Shown: positions 1 through 10,393, numbered from the stretch's first letter. The stretch: 64,000 bases of DNA from Thermoanaerobaculia bacterium (GCA_038244815.1 JBBRTB010000011.1:37050-101049); one strand, 5' to 3'. Notes: generated by a model from the letters alone, not told the origin. A program made the numbers and translations.

Positions 1-231
1 CATGAGCATCCGCTTGCGGCCGATGTGATCGGCGAGGTTGCCCATCAGCGGAGCAGAGAGTGCGCTCGCAAACGCGTAGACGGAGAGGAACCACCCGGCC
101 TGTGCTTTGGACCCGCCGATGGCCATAATCCGAAACGGCACGGCCGGCAGAAGCTGGAACGCCGCGAAGAACGTGATGAACGCGAACAGCCAGAGTCCGA
201 AGAAGCGGCGGGTGAAGAGGGGGACGGGCAC
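1..231 (-). CDS. MFS transporter, N-terminal part (runs off the window)
   Basis: Manual translation MPVPLFTRRFFGLWLFAFITFFAAFQLLPAVP...APLMGNLADHIGRKRMLM; contains MFS motif A (GxLaDrxGRK). Not in the ORF track. Confidence 0.85.
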   Translation of the reverse strand, partial: MPVPLFTRRFFGLWLFAFITFFAAFQLLPAVPFRIMAIGGSKAQAGWFLSVYAFASALSAPLMGNLADHIGRKRMLM

Positions 232-316
232 CTGAACGGGGGATTGTAGAGGGTCGCTGGTCCCCGGTCGCTGGTCGCGAGAATGTTTGCCACCGCCGGG
301 ACGTTTTCCCACCCCG

Positions 317-1159
317 ATGCAGGTCAAACGCGCAGCCAAGTACGGCTTCTGTTCCGGCGTCCGGATCGCCGATCTCAAGGTCAAGCGCTTCGCCGCCACC
401 GGCGGGCGTGGCGCCATCCTCGGACAGGTCGTCCACAACGAGCGCGTCGTCGAGGAGATGGAGCAGCTCGGCGTGCGAACGGTCGAAGAGATCACCGCGG
501 TGGAGGAGCCGACGATCGTGTTCTCCGCGCACGGCGTGCCGCCCTCGTTTCACGAAAACGCGAAATCGGCCGGGCTGCAGGTCCTCGATACCACCTGCAA
601 GTTCGTCTACGACATCCATCGCGAGTCGAAGGAAGCGCTGGCGAGCGGCCATCACCTGGTCTTCATCGGCGATCCGGAGCATCGCGAGGTCATCGGGTAC
701 ACGAACGACCTCGATCCATCGGTCTATCACATCGTCTCGACGATCGAAGGGGCCCAGGCCGTGGACTGGACGTCGTATCCCAAGATCAAGATCTTCTATC
801 AGACCACGCTCAACGCCGAGGAGTTCGAGGACGTGGTGAAGGTGATCGAGCGGAAGGTCGGCGTCGTCGAGCGCGCGGACACGATCTGTTACGCGACCAA
901 GGAGAATCAGGACGCGGCGCGTGAGCTCGCGGTCGATCCCGACGTCGATGTGATCATCGTGATCGGCGGCAAGAAGAGCGCGAACACAAAACACCTCTGG
1001 GAGATCTGCCGCGAGAGAAAACCCTCCCACCTGATCCAGGGCGCCGACGATCTCGATCCGGCGTGGTTCAGAAGCACGCGAGTGGCGGGCCTGACGGCGG
1101 GGTCATCGACACCCGACTATGTCATCGACGAGGTCGAGCAGAAACTCGCGTCGATGTAG
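317..1159 (+). CDS. ispH: 4-hydroxy-3-methylbut-2-enyl diphosphate reductase
   Basis: GFCSGV, VHN, FSAHG, DTTCKFV, QTT, TICYAT.ENQ, IGGKKSANT and TAGSSTP motifs; ATG 317 chosen as start. Confidence 0.95.
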   Translation: MQVKRAAKYGFCSGVRIADLKVKRFAATGGRGAILGQVVHNERVVEEMEQLGVRTVEEITAVEEPTIVFSAHGVPPSFHENAKSAGLQVLDTTCKFVYDIHRESKEALASGHHLVFIGDPEHREVIGYTNDLDPSVYHIVSTIEGAQAVDWTSYPKIKIFYQTTLNAEEFEDVVKVIERKVGVVERADTICYATKENQDAARELAVDPDVDVIIVIGGKKSANTKHLWEICRERKPSHLIQGADDLDPAWFRSTRVAGLTAGSSTPDYVIDEVEQKLASM

Positions 1160-1211
1160 TTGACTCCACGCGCGTTAGCTTCCTGGCGCCCGGAGTGAAT
1201 AACCATTCAGA

Positions 1212-2036
1212 GTGATGCGTTGTTCAGCGCGAATGTCCCGAACCCGCAACGTCGTGTTGTCGCTCTCGCTTCTGCTGAGCCCAGCAGCCGCGTTCGCGGC
1301 AACCAACGTCAACTGTAACGGCGCCGCGAATGTCGAAGAGTTTCGCTACTCCTGGCGCATTCGCGGTGCCATCCGCTTCATCGCCGGCCTGATGTTTCCC
1401 ACCTCGGGCACCGGCAACCTCAAGACGACCTATCCCAGGGAAGGAGAGCACTCGATCACCAGCGAGCTGTTCGTCAAACCCGAAAGGGGCGAGGCCGGCT
1501 TCTACGCGTACGAGTCCCAGATGGACGAGTCCGGTAACCAGACGCTGATGACGTACAGCGGCTATCAGTGGGGCAACAAGACCCGCAAGATCCGCGCGGT
1601 GTTCGACTACGTCAAACGACTTGCGCGAATCCATAAGGAGACGCCAAAGGGCGTCGAGAACACCGTCAAGCCGCTGCCGGGGAGTGAGAACCTCCGGGAT
1701 GTGCTGACCGCGATTTACTACCTGCGGCAGAACGCGGGCACGATCACCGGACCGATCACCACGACCATCTATACGGACGGGCAGGAGTATCCGGTCGTGT
1801 TCCGGCCCGGAGAGCGCCGTACGTTCACCATGGACGGCAAGACCATCGCCGCGCGCGCGTTCGAGATCGGCGATGCTCCGGGCGGGAGGAAATGGCCGGG
1901 CGGCGTGAAGGTGTATCTGTCGGATGACGCGCGCCGCATTCCGTTCCGCATCGAGATCGCCGAATCGTTCGCCTCGCTCCAGCTCGATCTGAAGTCGATC
2001 GAGTCGTGCGGGTTTCGACTGGAAGCGGCGAAGTAG
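1212..2036 (+). CDS. Exported DUF3108-like protein
   Basis: Signal peptide; DVLTAIYYLR and C-terminal VYLSDDARRIPFRIE typical of DUF3108. Confidence 0.7.
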   Translation: MMRCSARMSRTRNVVLSLSLLLSPAAAFAATNVNCNGAANVEEFRYSWRIRGAIRFIAGLMFPTSGTGNLKTTYPREGEHSITSELFVKPERGEAGFYAYESQMDESGNQTLMTYSGYQWGNKTRKIRAVFDYVKRLARIHKETPKGVENTVKPLPGSENLRDVLTAIYYLRQNAGTITGPITTTIYTDGQEYPVVFRPGERRTFTMDGKTIAARAFEIGDAPGGRKWPGGVKVYLSDDARRIPFRIEIAESFASLQLDLKSIESCGFRLEAAK

Positions 2037-2048
2037 GCGCCTGTAACG

Positions 2049-2465
2049 CTACGTCGCGTTGAGAGACGCGCTCGGTGTTCCCAGTCCGCAAAAGAGGCCG
2101 ACGAGGTCGAGCAGTTCGGCGACGTGGAACGGCTTTTCGAGGATCACCGAGGGGGCCAGCTCGAGGTCGTCGGGGTTGAGCTTGTATGCCGAGATCACGA
2201 TGACCGGCGATTCCTTCCGCATCTCCCGGAACCAGCGCAGCCACTCACGGCCGTCCATCCTGGGCATGGCGATGTCGAGGATGACCAGGAGGATGTCGGG
2301 ATGCTTCTCGACGAGCGTGATGGCCTCGTTGCCGTCGGGAGCGGTGAGCACCTCGAAGCCGTAAGGCGAGAGAAGATCGCGGTACGAGGCGAGAAGGCGC
2401 GTGTCGTCGTCGATGACGAGCAACTTGCGCAGCTTGGACGGAACTCTGCGGGCTCGAATGCTCAC
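2049..2465 (-). CDS. Single-domain response regulator (receiver)
   Basis: LLVIDDD, ILDIAMPRMDG, VIVISA, KPF motifs; GTG 2465 downstream of AGGAG. Confidence 0.9.
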   Translation of the reverse strand: MSIRARRVPSKLRKLLVIDDDTRLLASYRDLLSPYGFEVLTAPDGNEAITLVEKHPDILLVILDIAMPRMDGREWLRWFREMRKESPVIVISAYKLNPDDLELAPSVILEKPFHVAELLDLVGLFCGLGTPSASLNAT

Positions 2466-2487
2466 GCCGATGGCACTCCTGATTCTC

Positions 2488-3576
2488 CTAACGCTGCCGA
2501 CGATTGTCGTCGAAATCAAAGCCTGGTGGTGCAAACGTCGTACCGCGGTGCTCACCGGCACCCTCACGCGCCACGAGGACGAATCGTGATGGCTCGTAGG
2601 TTAGCGCAAGCAGTTTACCCTTATGCAGCCGAACGTCCGCGTCGAGAGAGATCCTGAGCGTGAGTACGCCCGTCAGGATGGCCCGGACCATCCAGCGGCC
2701 GTTCTCGAAGGTCGCCTCTTCCACCGCCACGATGAGATCGGACGGGCCCCCCGGCGCGGCGAGGGCGAACGCCTCGGGCCGGGCCAGCGCCACCCCCGGC
2801 CCCTGAAACGGCGCGGCGGCGAGATCCCACGACCCGATCACCGAGCCGACCGTGCTGTCCCGGATCTCGATCGGAACGACGTTCACCTCTCCGGTCGCCA
2901 GTGCTGACGCTTCGCTCGCCGGATGCAGATAGATGTGGGCCGCCGTCCCCTCCTGCACCATCCGTCCCCGCTCCAGCACGATCACGCGATCCGTCGCGCC
3001 GAGCTCCGCCCGGGTGGCCGGGGCGGTGATGACGGTGGTTCCGGCCACACGCAGTGTCCGGTAGAACGTGTCGATCAGCTCGTTCGCCGACGACGGATTG
3101 AGATGTTCGAGCAACCGGTCGGCGACGAGAACCGCTGGACGGAGAAGCTCGATGCGCGCGAGGTGGGCCCGCGTCCGCTCCGAGCCGGAGAGCGATCCGA
3201 TCTTCCGGTCGAGGACGCCATCGAGCTTCCACTGATCGACTGCCAGCGCGTACTCGTGCTGCCGGTCGGCTCGATCCAGTGTTCGCCGCCGCACTGCCGC
3301 CACGAGCGCATGACGGACCGACCAGCGCTCCGGCGCGTCGATCGATGAAGTCACATAGAGCAGCGGACGCCGTGAAGCGGAGAGATCGTTGACCACTCGC
3401 GTTCCGATGCGGATCTCCCCCGCGGCCGGGCGCAACGTGCCGGCCACGAGACGCAGCAGCGTGGAGAGGCCGCTGGCCGGCGGTCCGATCACCGCCGTAT
3501 GCGTGCCCGCCGGAAACGTCAGCGTGACCTCAGCGAGCGCGAAGTTCGAGACCGAGTGCAGCGAGACGTCAAGCAC
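2488..3576 (-). CDS. ABC ATP-binding-like protein (PotA/FbpC-like) with degenerate catalytic motifs
   Basis: GPPASGLST (Walker A without Lys), LSGSE, VLVADR; TOBE-like C-terminus. Confidence 0.8.
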   Translation of the reverse strand: MLDVSLHSVSNFALAEVTLTFPAGTHTAVIGPPASGLSTLLRLVAGTLRPAAGEIRIGTRVVNDLSASRRPLLYVTSSIDAPERWSVRHALVAAVRRRTLDRADRQHEYALAVDQWKLDGVLDRKIGSLSGSERTRAHLARIELLRPAVLVADRLLEHLNPSSANELIDTFYRTLRVAGTTVITAPATRAELGATDRVIVLERGRMVQEGTAAHIYLHPASEASALATGEVNVVPIEIRDSTVGSVIGSWDLAAAPFQGPGVALARPEAFALAAPGGPSDLIVAVEEATFENGRWMVRAILTGVLTLRISLDADVRLHKGKLLALTYEPSRFVLVAREGAGEHRGTTFAPPGFDFDDNRRQR

Positions 3577-3594
3577 CGGAGAGATTGTAGGCGC

Positions 3595-3646
3595 TGGGCC
3601 CTGGGCCCGGGCCGTTCGCCTTAACCGAGGCCCGAGGCCCGAGGCC
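3595..3646. repeat. Heptamer tandem-repeat imperfect hairpin
   Basis: TGGGCCC-like units followed by (CCGAGGC)3. Confidence 0.8.
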
Positions 3647-3651
3647 TTAGT

Positions 3652-4077
3652 TCACTCGTGCTTGCCGCGCATCGAAGGGCGTTGCTGCTCGATCTCGGCG
3701 CGCAGGCGGCCCCACTGATCGTTGTTGAGCACCGAACGCATGTCCACGAGCATCATCAGCTCGCGATCGAAGAGTCTGCCCTGAGTGTCGCTGAGGCGCG
3801 CGGCCAGTTTGCGCAGGTTTTCGCGATTGAGTTGGGGCTGATCCAGCTCCGCGCGGATGGCGATCGATGTCTTCTCAGCTTCCGCGCGCAGATCGATCAA
3901 CTCGTTCGCGGCCAGGCGGAAGATCATGTCCAGGCGCGTCTGCTGGTCGTTCGTCAGGGCCAGTTGCTCGACGAACTCCGGGCGCCGCCACCACTTGCCG
4001 GGCGGCAGAGGCGCGGCCGTGGCGCTCAGCGCGAGACCCAGCGCGAACAGCGCGCAAAGCACGAACCGTCTGATCAA
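3652..4077 (-). CDS. Periplasmic Spy/CpxP / heavy-metal-sensor-like protein
   Basis: Signal peptide, GKWW, LALTNDQ...VLNNDQW (LTxxQ-like); TTG start overlaps the upstream TGA. Confidence 0.75.
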   Translation of the reverse strand: MIRRFVLCALFALGLALSATAAPLPPGKWWRRPEFVEQLALTNDQQTRLDMIFRLAANELIDLRAEAEKTSIAIRAELDQPQLNRENLRKLAARLSDTQGRLFDRELMMLVDMRSVLNNDQWGRLRAEIEQQRPSMRGKHE

Positions 4078-4571
4078 AGCGATCCGTCTCCGTTCTGCGT
4101 ATCGACCCACGACTCCCACTGCACGACGCCGTGGAACTGCTTGAGCTCATCCGAAGCCCAGGGGTCGATCGGCCCGTGCATCGAGTCGACCGAGGGCGCC
4201 TTCGCCGCTGCCGTGGTCTGCTGGACGGGTGGCGGCGCAGGCGCCGGCGCGGGCTTGAGCTGGTGGTACACGACCGCAGCTCCGAGGACGAATGCCAGCA
4301 CCGCCGCGGCGGCGACGCGCGCGGCCGCGCCGATGCGGGCCACGCGCGCCGGCTGTGCCGCGATTCGCAGCATGATGGCATGCCGCTGGCGGCCCCAGAA
4401 CGTCTCCGGTTTCGACGGGCAGGCGGCCACCTCGCGGAGCTTGCGTTCCAGCCGCTGGTATCGTGCGGCGCAGTCGCTGCAGTCGGCGAGATGCATCATC
4501 ACGGGCATCGATTCGCCAGCCTGCATGTAGTACGTCTCGAGCAGATCGGCTTCACTGAAGTGGGGTTTCAT
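4074..4571 (-). CDS. Zinc-finger anti-sigma factor
   Basis: HLADCSDC (HxxxCxxC), one TM helix, directly downstream of the ECF sigma gene. Confidence 0.85.
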   Translation of the reverse strand: MKPHFSEADLLETYYMQAGESMPVMMHLADCSDCAARYQRLERKLREVAACPSKPETFWGRQRHAIMLRIAAQPARVARIGAAARVAAAAVLAFVLGAAVVYHQLKPAPAPAPPPVQQTTAAAKAPSVDSMHGPIDPWASDELKQFHGVVQWESWVDTQNGDGSL

Positions 4572-5196
4572 GGTCGTTTCCCTGGTCTTTTCGAGCTTTC
4601 CAGACTTCGAGCTCTTTGCGTATTTTACGGATAGCCCGGAAAAGATGTGCGCGCGCCGTTCCGGCGCGGAGGCCGAGATGGCGGGCGATCTCTTCGAGCG
4701 AAAGGTTCTCATAGTGGCGAAGGCGGAAGATCACTTTCTGCTGCGGCGACAGCGTTCGTTCGGCCTGCTCGATGGCCGCGCGCAACTGAACGGAGAATAG
4801 CGCACGCTCCGGATCGGGCCTCATGTCGACGGGCTCGATGATGAATTCTTCCTCGTCACGGTCGTTCATCGTCACCAGACTGACGAAGCGCCGGCGTCGC
4901 AGGGAGTCGCGCGACTTGTTGATGGCGATGCGCGTCAACCAGGTCTCCAGCTCCGAGCGGCCCTGGAACTTGCCGAGGTTCAGGTAGGCTTGTACGAACG
5001 TGTCCTGCGTGACGGTGTCCGCCTCCATCTCGTCGCGCACGATCGCAAACGCGACGCGGAAAATCTTCCGCTGAAAGCGCTCGACGAGTATGCCGTAAGC
5101 TCCGCCGTCGCCCGCGAGCGTCCGGTCGATCAGCTCACGGTCCGACGGTGAATCGCTGGCATCCCCGAAACGAAGAACGGCCAAATTTGCGCTCAC
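4552..5196 (-). CDS. ECF RNA polymerase sigma factor
   Basis: DTVTQDTFVQAY, WLTRIAIN (region 2); LSLEEIA..LGLRAGTARAHLFRA (region 4). Confidence 0.93.
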   Translation of the reverse strand: MSANLAVLRFGDASDSPSDRELIDRTLAGDGGAYGILVERFQRKIFRVAFAIVRDEMEADTVTQDTFVQAYLNLGKFQGRSELETWLTRIAINKSRDSLRRRRFVSLVTMNDRDEEEFIIEPVDMRPDPERALFSVQLRAAIEQAERTLSPQQKVIFRLRHYENLSLEEIARHLGLRAGTARAHLFRAIRKIRKELEVWKARKDQGNDHETPLQ

Positions 5197-5204
5197 TTTG
5201 ATCG

Positions 5205-5230
5205 GACGGCCCGAATCACAAGCTGTTTAC
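5205..5230 (-). promoter_or_regulatory. Putative ECF-type promoter of the sigma operon
   Basis: Minus strand GTAAAC-N16-CGTC, 8 nt before the GTG start. Confidence 0.55.
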
Positions 5231-5259
5231 AGTGAATGATAAGCGGGCATTCCAACGGC

Positions 5260-5307
5260 GGGCCTCGGGCCTCGGGCCTCAGGCCCGGGGCCTGAGGCCC
5301 GAGGCCT
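5260..5307. repeat. Heptamer repeat hairpin overlapping the 3' end of the EamA gene
   Basis: (GGGCCTC)3 ... GAGGCCC GAGGCCT. Confidence 0.85.
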
Positions 5308-6196
5308 GCCGCGAGGCCATCCAGACACCGGCGAAAAGCAGCAACGCGGCGACGGCGACGACGGGCCGGATGTGCTCGTGGAGAAAGGCCCAGGCCAGAA
5401 TCGCGGTGAGAACCGGCTGTACGTACGAGTATGCGGCGACGAGCGAGCTCTCGGCGTAGCGCAACGTCCAGGCCGTGATGACATAGGCGGCCACCGTCGG
5501 GCCGGCGATCACCGCCAGAAGTCCCAGCCACGCGCTGCCGGGGATCTCGGCCCAGTGCTCCCGCCGCAGTGCCGGCGTCGCGATCGGGAGGATGAGGACG
5601 GCGCCGATGGCGAACATTCGGGCGATGACGCGAAGCGGGGAGAGTCGGGAAACCAGCGGTTTCGACAGCACCAGGTAGAGCGCGTACGCGATGCAGTTTC
5701 CGATGATGAGCAGAGATCCCGTCAGGCTGTCGATCAGGCCGGCCAGGCCCTGGGTCCCGACGACGAGCAGCGCGCCTGCGAGCGCGAGCACGATCCCGGC
5801 GATCCTCAGTGGTGTGGCGCGTTCCATGCGCAACCCCAGCGCAACGAGCAGCGTGAAGATCGGAATGGTGGTGATGAGAATCGCCGCCACGTGCGCGCTC
5901 GTGAGCGACAGGCCGGCCAGGAACATCGTCTGATTGAGGACGACGCCGAGAACGGCCAGGCCGGCGATGAACCAGAAGTCCGAGGAGGAGATGCGCCCGG
6001 CTCCTTCGTTGCCGGTCCGGGTGCGTGGTCTCCAGGTCATGGCGTTGAGCACGATCGCTGCGCCGGCGCTTCGCAGGAACGCGAACGAGAGCGGCGCGAA
6101 CGAATGCATGGCCACCTTGGAGATGATGTAGTTGATCGAGAACAGCGCGGCGACCGTGAGCATCGCCGCGTGCACCTTGACGCTGTCAGTCCTCAC
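5279..6196 (-). CDS. DMT/EamA family transporter
   Basis: About 10 hydrophobic segments in two EamA repeats; [18 protein letters not shown]. Confidence 0.9.
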   Translation of the reverse strand: MRTDSVKVHAAMLTVAALFSINYIISKVAMHSFAPLSFAFLRSAGAAIVLNAMTWRPRTRTGNEGAGRISSSDFWFIAGLAVLGVVLNQTMFLAGLSLTSAHVAAILITTIPIFTLLVALGLRMERATPLRIAGIVLALAGALLVVGTQGLAGLIDSLTGSLLIIGNCIAYALYLVLSKPLVSRLSPLRVIARMFAIGAVLILPIATPALRREHWAEIPGSAWLGLLAVIAGPTVAAYVITAWTLRYAESSLVAAYSYVQPVLTAILAWAFLHEHIRPVVAVAALLLFAGVWMASRQASGLRPRA

Positions 6197-9100
6197 ACCA
6201 CACGTCGTGGTATCTCACCGGCGGTGTGACGAGCGACGTGCGCAAGCCGCGGATGTTCGGCTTGTGCAGGACGAAAAGGCGCTCGTGGAAGAGTGGCACA
6301 AGCGGCGCTTCCTGCACCACCCGCGCGTCCAGCTTGCGGTAGATGTCGGCGCGGTCGCGGGAATCCGAGGAGCGGCGGGCCTCCTCGATCTCTGCGTCGA
6401 GATCCGCCCGGTGATAGTTCAGTCCGGGCAAGGCGCTGGAGTGTCTGTGGAAAAAGATGAAGAAGAAATTGTCGGGATCGGGGAAGTCCGCGTACCAGTT
6501 GCCGCAGAAGATGTTCCCGTGGCTCTTGTGAAGCAGCGGCGCGCGTGCGTCGGTGGTGTTGTGCCGCGTCACGTTGACGCGGATGCCGGCCGCGGCCAGA
6601 TCCTCGATGATCAGCGGCACCTGCCTGGAGTGGAAGAACTCGTCCGAGTCCCAGGTGCGGTACTCGACCTCGAATCCATTTTCGTAACCCGCCTTGCGCA
6701 GAAGGCTGCGCGCCCGCTCCGGATCGTGAGCGTAGCCGCGCAGATTGGGGTCATAGCCGATCAGTCCGGGCGGCAGCAGGCCCTCCGCGACGACGCCCAG
6801 GCCACCGAACACCTCGTCGTTGATGTGCCGTCGATTGATCGCATAGTTCACGGCCTGGCGGACCTCGATGCGATCGAACGGTTTCGTCGACGAGTCGTAG
6901 CCGAGGTACGAGGTGTGGAGCTGCACCTGAGTGAGAAGGTAGGGCGCGTATCTCGGATCGCTGCGAAGCTCTCGCACGACAGTGAGCGGAATGCCGTGCG
7001 CGATGTCGAGCTCGCCGCGCAGGAACGCCTCCGCGACATCGCGCGCGGAGCGCAGATCGAGGCGGAACGTGAGCTCGTCGAGCCGCGGCTCGCCGGGGAC
7101 CCAGTAGGTATGGTTACGGACGAGCCGCACGCGCTCGCCTTCCACGACCTCGTCGATGCGGAACGGCCCGGCGCCGGTGGGGCGCAGCCGCATGTGCTCG
7201 AGGTCGTTGGTCTCCTCGCGGGGAACGATCGCGCACTCGTGCATCGAGAGCGTGGAGAGGAAAAAGGCGATGGGTTCACGGAGATGGATATCGACGGTGT
7301 GCTTGTCGACCACGACGATCCCCGTCAGCTCGCGGCTCGTCCCGTTGATCACGGCCTCGGAGCCGCTCACGCTGCGCATGATCCAGCTCGACGGTGATTG
7401 GTTTTCCGGCAGGAGAAGGCGCAGCAGGCTCTCGTACACGTCGCGGGCTTCGACCTCCCGTCCGTTGTGAAAGCGCACGCCGCGGCGAAGGTGGAAGCGG
7501 TAGTGTTGTCCCTGCTCGAGGATTTCCCAGCGCTCGGCCAGCTCGGGCCGCAGCTCTGCGCCTTCGCCGTAAGAGACGAGCTTCTGATGGACGGCCCTGG
7601 CCATGAAGCCGAGTGCCGCGGCGGTCGTGTGGATGGGATCGAATGTGAGTTTCTGCCAGAGGATGGTGGAGGTCACGGCCCGCCCGCCCTGGGTGGGCAC
7701 GGCCATGGTGAAGCGGCCCAGCTCTCCGTTGAGCAGCGTCGATTCATGCGAGAGAGCCGCGGCCATCTGATTGAGGTCGGTCACTCCGAAGCTGGCCTCG
7801 CGCGAGCCGTTCTGGATCACGTTCATGGCCTTGACGATGGCCGCGCTCTCCGCGCCCAGTACGGAGCTCGCTTCGAGCACGGCCTGCACCAGGCCAGCCA
7901 CGTTCTGCATGGCCTCGCTGATGGAGCGGCTGCCTGTTTCCTGCTCGGCCATGGCCCGTTTCAGATGACGGGTGTAGTCGCGAACCATTCCGGCCTGCTC
8001 GCCGACCTTGCGGGCGGTCTGTGACTGCTGCTGCGTGGCGGCGGCGGTCTGCTGGACCATCTTCGTGACTTCCTCGATGGCCGAGGTGGCCGCGGCGCTG
8101 CCGCTGGTCTGCTCGTCGGTGGCGCGGGCGATCTCGGCGATCGAGTTGGTGGAACGGTCCGTCAGCTCGAGGATCTTCTCGAGCACCTGCGAGGCCCGCG
8201 CGGTGAGCTGCACGCCATCGCCCACGCGGTCGGAGCTGAGGGTCATCTGTTCCGACGCTCGCTCGACGCTCCGCTGCACGTTCTGGATCAGCGTGCGGAT
8301 CTCCTCGGTCGAGGTCGAGGTGCGTTCGGCCAGGTCGCGGATCTCGTCGGCGACGACGGCGAATCCTTTGCCGCGCTCGCCGGCCTGGGCGGCGATGATG
8401 GCCGCGTTCAGCGCCAGGAGGTTCGTCTGGCCGGCCACATCGTCGATGACGCGGATGATGTCGCCGATCTCCTGGGAGCGTTCGGCGAGCTCGGCCAGCG
8501 CGTTCTGAGCCTCCTCGACCGACTGCTGGATCTTGCGCATGCCGTCGACCGTGCCGTCCACGGCGTTGCGGCCTTCGTTCGCGGCGTCGGTGACGTAACG
8601 TGCCAGCGCCGCCGACTCTCGCGCCGAACGTCCGATCTCGGAGGTGGTGGCGTTCATCTCCACCATCGAGCTGGCGGTCTGCGTGGCGAACGACGAGAAG
8701 CTCTCGGTGTTCGTGGCCACTTCGCCGATCGACGCGCTCATCTCTTCGAACGCCGTGGCCGTCTCGTCGACGAACTGCGCAAGCGTATCGGCGATGCGCA
8801 TCACTTCCTCGATACTCGCGGACATCTCCAGAATCGACGTCGAGGTGTCGTCCGCGGTCCGCGACAGTTGTTCCATGCTTTCGCGCACGGCGTTGATGGA
8901 CTGGTCGATCTGCGTCACCGACTCCGCCGTCTTCTCCGTGGAGTCGAGCTGGTCGGTGGCGCTGCGCGCCAGGATGCGGGAGCGGGCCGTGATCTGTTCG
9001 CTGACCCGGCTGACGTCGCCGGACAACTGGGTGAAGCGTCCGATGGTGCGATCGAGGTTCGTGACCAGCGCGCGCAACGCCGCCGACATCCTTGTCGAAT

Positions 9101-9407
9101 GCGTGGCCCGCACGATCTCGCGTCCCGACACCGACAGATCTCCCTCCGAGACGCGGTTGAGGAGCGCGATGGCCGACTCGCGTCGGCTGACATCACGGCG
9201 GATGAGATAGTCGAAGACGACGACGCAGAGGATTTCCGAGATCGCGCTGGCAAACAACACCTTCCACCAGATGGAGGCGGTCATGCCCGGGACGATCCAG
9301 ATCGCGACGGAGAAGAGGACGGTGAACGAGACCACCGCCACCCACATCTGCTCCCGCCGCCCGAAGTTTCGCGTGTTCACGGACCTCGCTGACACGGATG
9401 CTACCAT
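6186..9407 (-). CDS. Methyl-accepting chemotaxis protein fused to a C-terminal family-5 solute-binding domain
   Basis: Two TM helices, HAMP-like segment, [37 protein letters not shown]; then [41 protein letters not shown] 9407 chosen because the longer ORF only adds repeat-derived sequence. Confidence 0.9.
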   Translation of the reverse strand: MVASVSARSVNTRNFGRREQMWVAVVSFTVLFSVAIWIVPGMTASIWWKVLFASAISEILCVVVFDYLIRRDVSRRESAIALLNRVSEGDLSVSGREIVRATHSTRMSAALRALVTNLDRTIGRFTQLSGDVSRVSEQITARSRILARSATDQLDSTEKTAESVTQIDQSINAVRESMEQLSRTADDTSTSILEMSASIEEVMRIADTLAQFVDETATAFEEMSASIGEVATNTESFSSFATQTASSMVEMNATTSEIGRSARESAALARYVTDAANEGRNAVDGTVDGMRKIQQSVEEAQNALAELAERSQEIGDIIRVIDDVAGQTNLLALNAAIIAAQAGERGKGFAVVADEIRDLAERTSTSTEEIRTLIQNVQRSVERASEQMTLSSDRVGDGVQLTARASQVLEKILELTDRSTNSIAEIARATDEQTSGSAAATSAIEEVTKMVQQTAAATQQQSQTARKVGEQAGMVRDYTRHLKRAMAEQETGSRSISEAMQNVAGLVQAVLEASSVLGAESAAIVKAMNVIQNGSREASFGVTDLNQMAAALSHESTLLNGELGRFTMAVPTQGGRAVTSTILWQKLTFDPIHTTAAALGFMARAVHQKLVSYGEGAELRPELAERWEILEQGQHYRFHLRRGVRFHNGREVEARDVYESLLRLLLPENQSPSSWIMRSVSGSEAVINGTSRELTGIVVVDKHTVDIHLREPIAFFLSTLSMHECAIVPREETNDLEHMRLRPTGAGPFRIDEVVEGERVRLVRNHTYWVPGEPRLDELTFRLDLRSARDVAEAFLRGELDIAHGIPLTVVRELRSDPRYAPYLLTQVQLHTSYLGYDSSTKPFDRIEVRQAVNYAINRRHINDEVFGGLGVVAEGLLPPGLIGYDPNLRGYAHDPERARSLLRKAGYENGFEVEYRTWDSDEFFHSRQVPLIIEDLAAAGIRVNVTRHNTTDARAPLLHKSHGNIFCGNWYADFPDPDNFFFIFFHRHSSALPGLNYHRADLDAEIEEARRSSDSRDRADIYRKLDARVVQEAPLVPLFHERLFVLHKPNIRGLRTSLVTPPVRYHDVWCED

Positions 9408-9414
9408 CCTTGTC

Positions 9415-9517
9415 GGGTGCTGGGTGCTGGGTGCTGGGTGCTGGGTGCTGGGTTGGTCGATACGACCGAGCACCGAGCACCGAGCACCGAGCACCCAGCA
9501 CCGAGCACCGAGCACCC
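9415..9517. repeat. Inverted heptamer arrays between divergent genes
   Basis: (GGGTGCT)5, central GGTCG-ATA-CGACC, then (CCGAGCA/CCCAGCA)7. Confidence 0.95.
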
Positions 9518-9520
9518 GTC

Positions 9521-10393
9521 ATGGATACGTTCGAGAAGCGCCGAACGCTCATCGATGAGCATCTGCGGAAGATCGCGGCGGAGATTCCCGCGCCGAAGCC
9601 GCTCCTCGAGCCGCTGCGGCGGGCCATCACATCGCCGGGCAAACGCGTGCGGGGAATCCTAACGCTCGCGGTCGGGGAGGCGCTCGGGCGCAAGGCGGAG
9701 ACGTTGCTCGACGCCGCCGCGGCGATGGAAATGATCCACACGTCGTCGCTGATCCTCGACGATCTGCCTTCGATGGACGACGCCGCGATGCGCCGCGGGT
9801 CGCCTGCGCTGCACCGGCAATTCGGCGAGGACCTGGCCATCCTCACCGCGGTGGCACTCCTCAATCACGCCTACGGTCTCGTGGCCGCGAATCATCGAGC
9901 GGTACGGCCGCGAAGATGGGGTGCACACGATGTTGTCCAGCGCGTGGTCGAGGCGGTGGGGTGGGACGGCAGTGTGGCCGGCGAATCGGTCGATCTGCAC
10001 AGCGAGGGATCGATCCTCGACTTCGATACGCTGGAGTTCATTCACTCGCGCAAGACGGGCGCGCTCTTCGTCGCCGCCGCGGCGGTGGGGGCGATGCTGG
10101 CCAATGCGAACGCCGCGACGTTGCACCGCTTCGAGATCTACGCCAAGAATCTGGGACTGGCGTTTCAGATCACCGACGACATCCTCGACGTCACCTCGGA
10201 CGCCGCCCAGCTCGGCAAAGACGTGGGGAAGGACGAGCAGCGTCTGACGTTCGTCAAACTCGCCGGTGTTGAGGGTGCCCGCAAGCTGACGGCGGAGCTG
10301 GTCGACACATCGCTGGCCGCGCTGGCCCCTCTGCGCGCGGCGGCCGATCCGCTGCGTGCGCTGGCTCTTCTGGTGCGCGATCGCGTGCGATGA
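9521..10393 (+). CDS. Polyprenyl (FPP/GGPP) diphosphate synthase
   Basis: GKRVRG, HTSSLILDDLPSMDDAAMRRG, KTGALF, GLAFQITDDILD, GKDVGKD. Confidence 0.93.
   Translation: MDTFEKRRTLIDEHLRKIAAEIPAPKPLLEPLRRAITSPGKRVRGILTLAVGEALGRKAETLLDAAAAMEMIHTSSLILDDLPSMDDAAMRRGSPALHRQFGEDLAILTAVALLNHAYGLVAANHRAVRPRRWGAHDVVQRVVEAVGWDGSVAGESVDLHSEGSILDFDTLEFIHSRKTGALFVAAAAVGAMLANANAATLHRFEIYAKNLGLAFQITDDILDVTSDAAQLGKDVGKDEQRLTFVKLAGVEGARKLTAELVDTSLAALAPLRAAADPLRALALLVRDRVR

Noticed and set aside
9398-9520. Repeat-derived N-terminal extensions in the ORF track (MCP, prenyl synthase; likewise envC, parE, acpH, mauE)
   Set aside because: They come from stop-free repeats or overlap with neighbouring genes; family motifs start downstream
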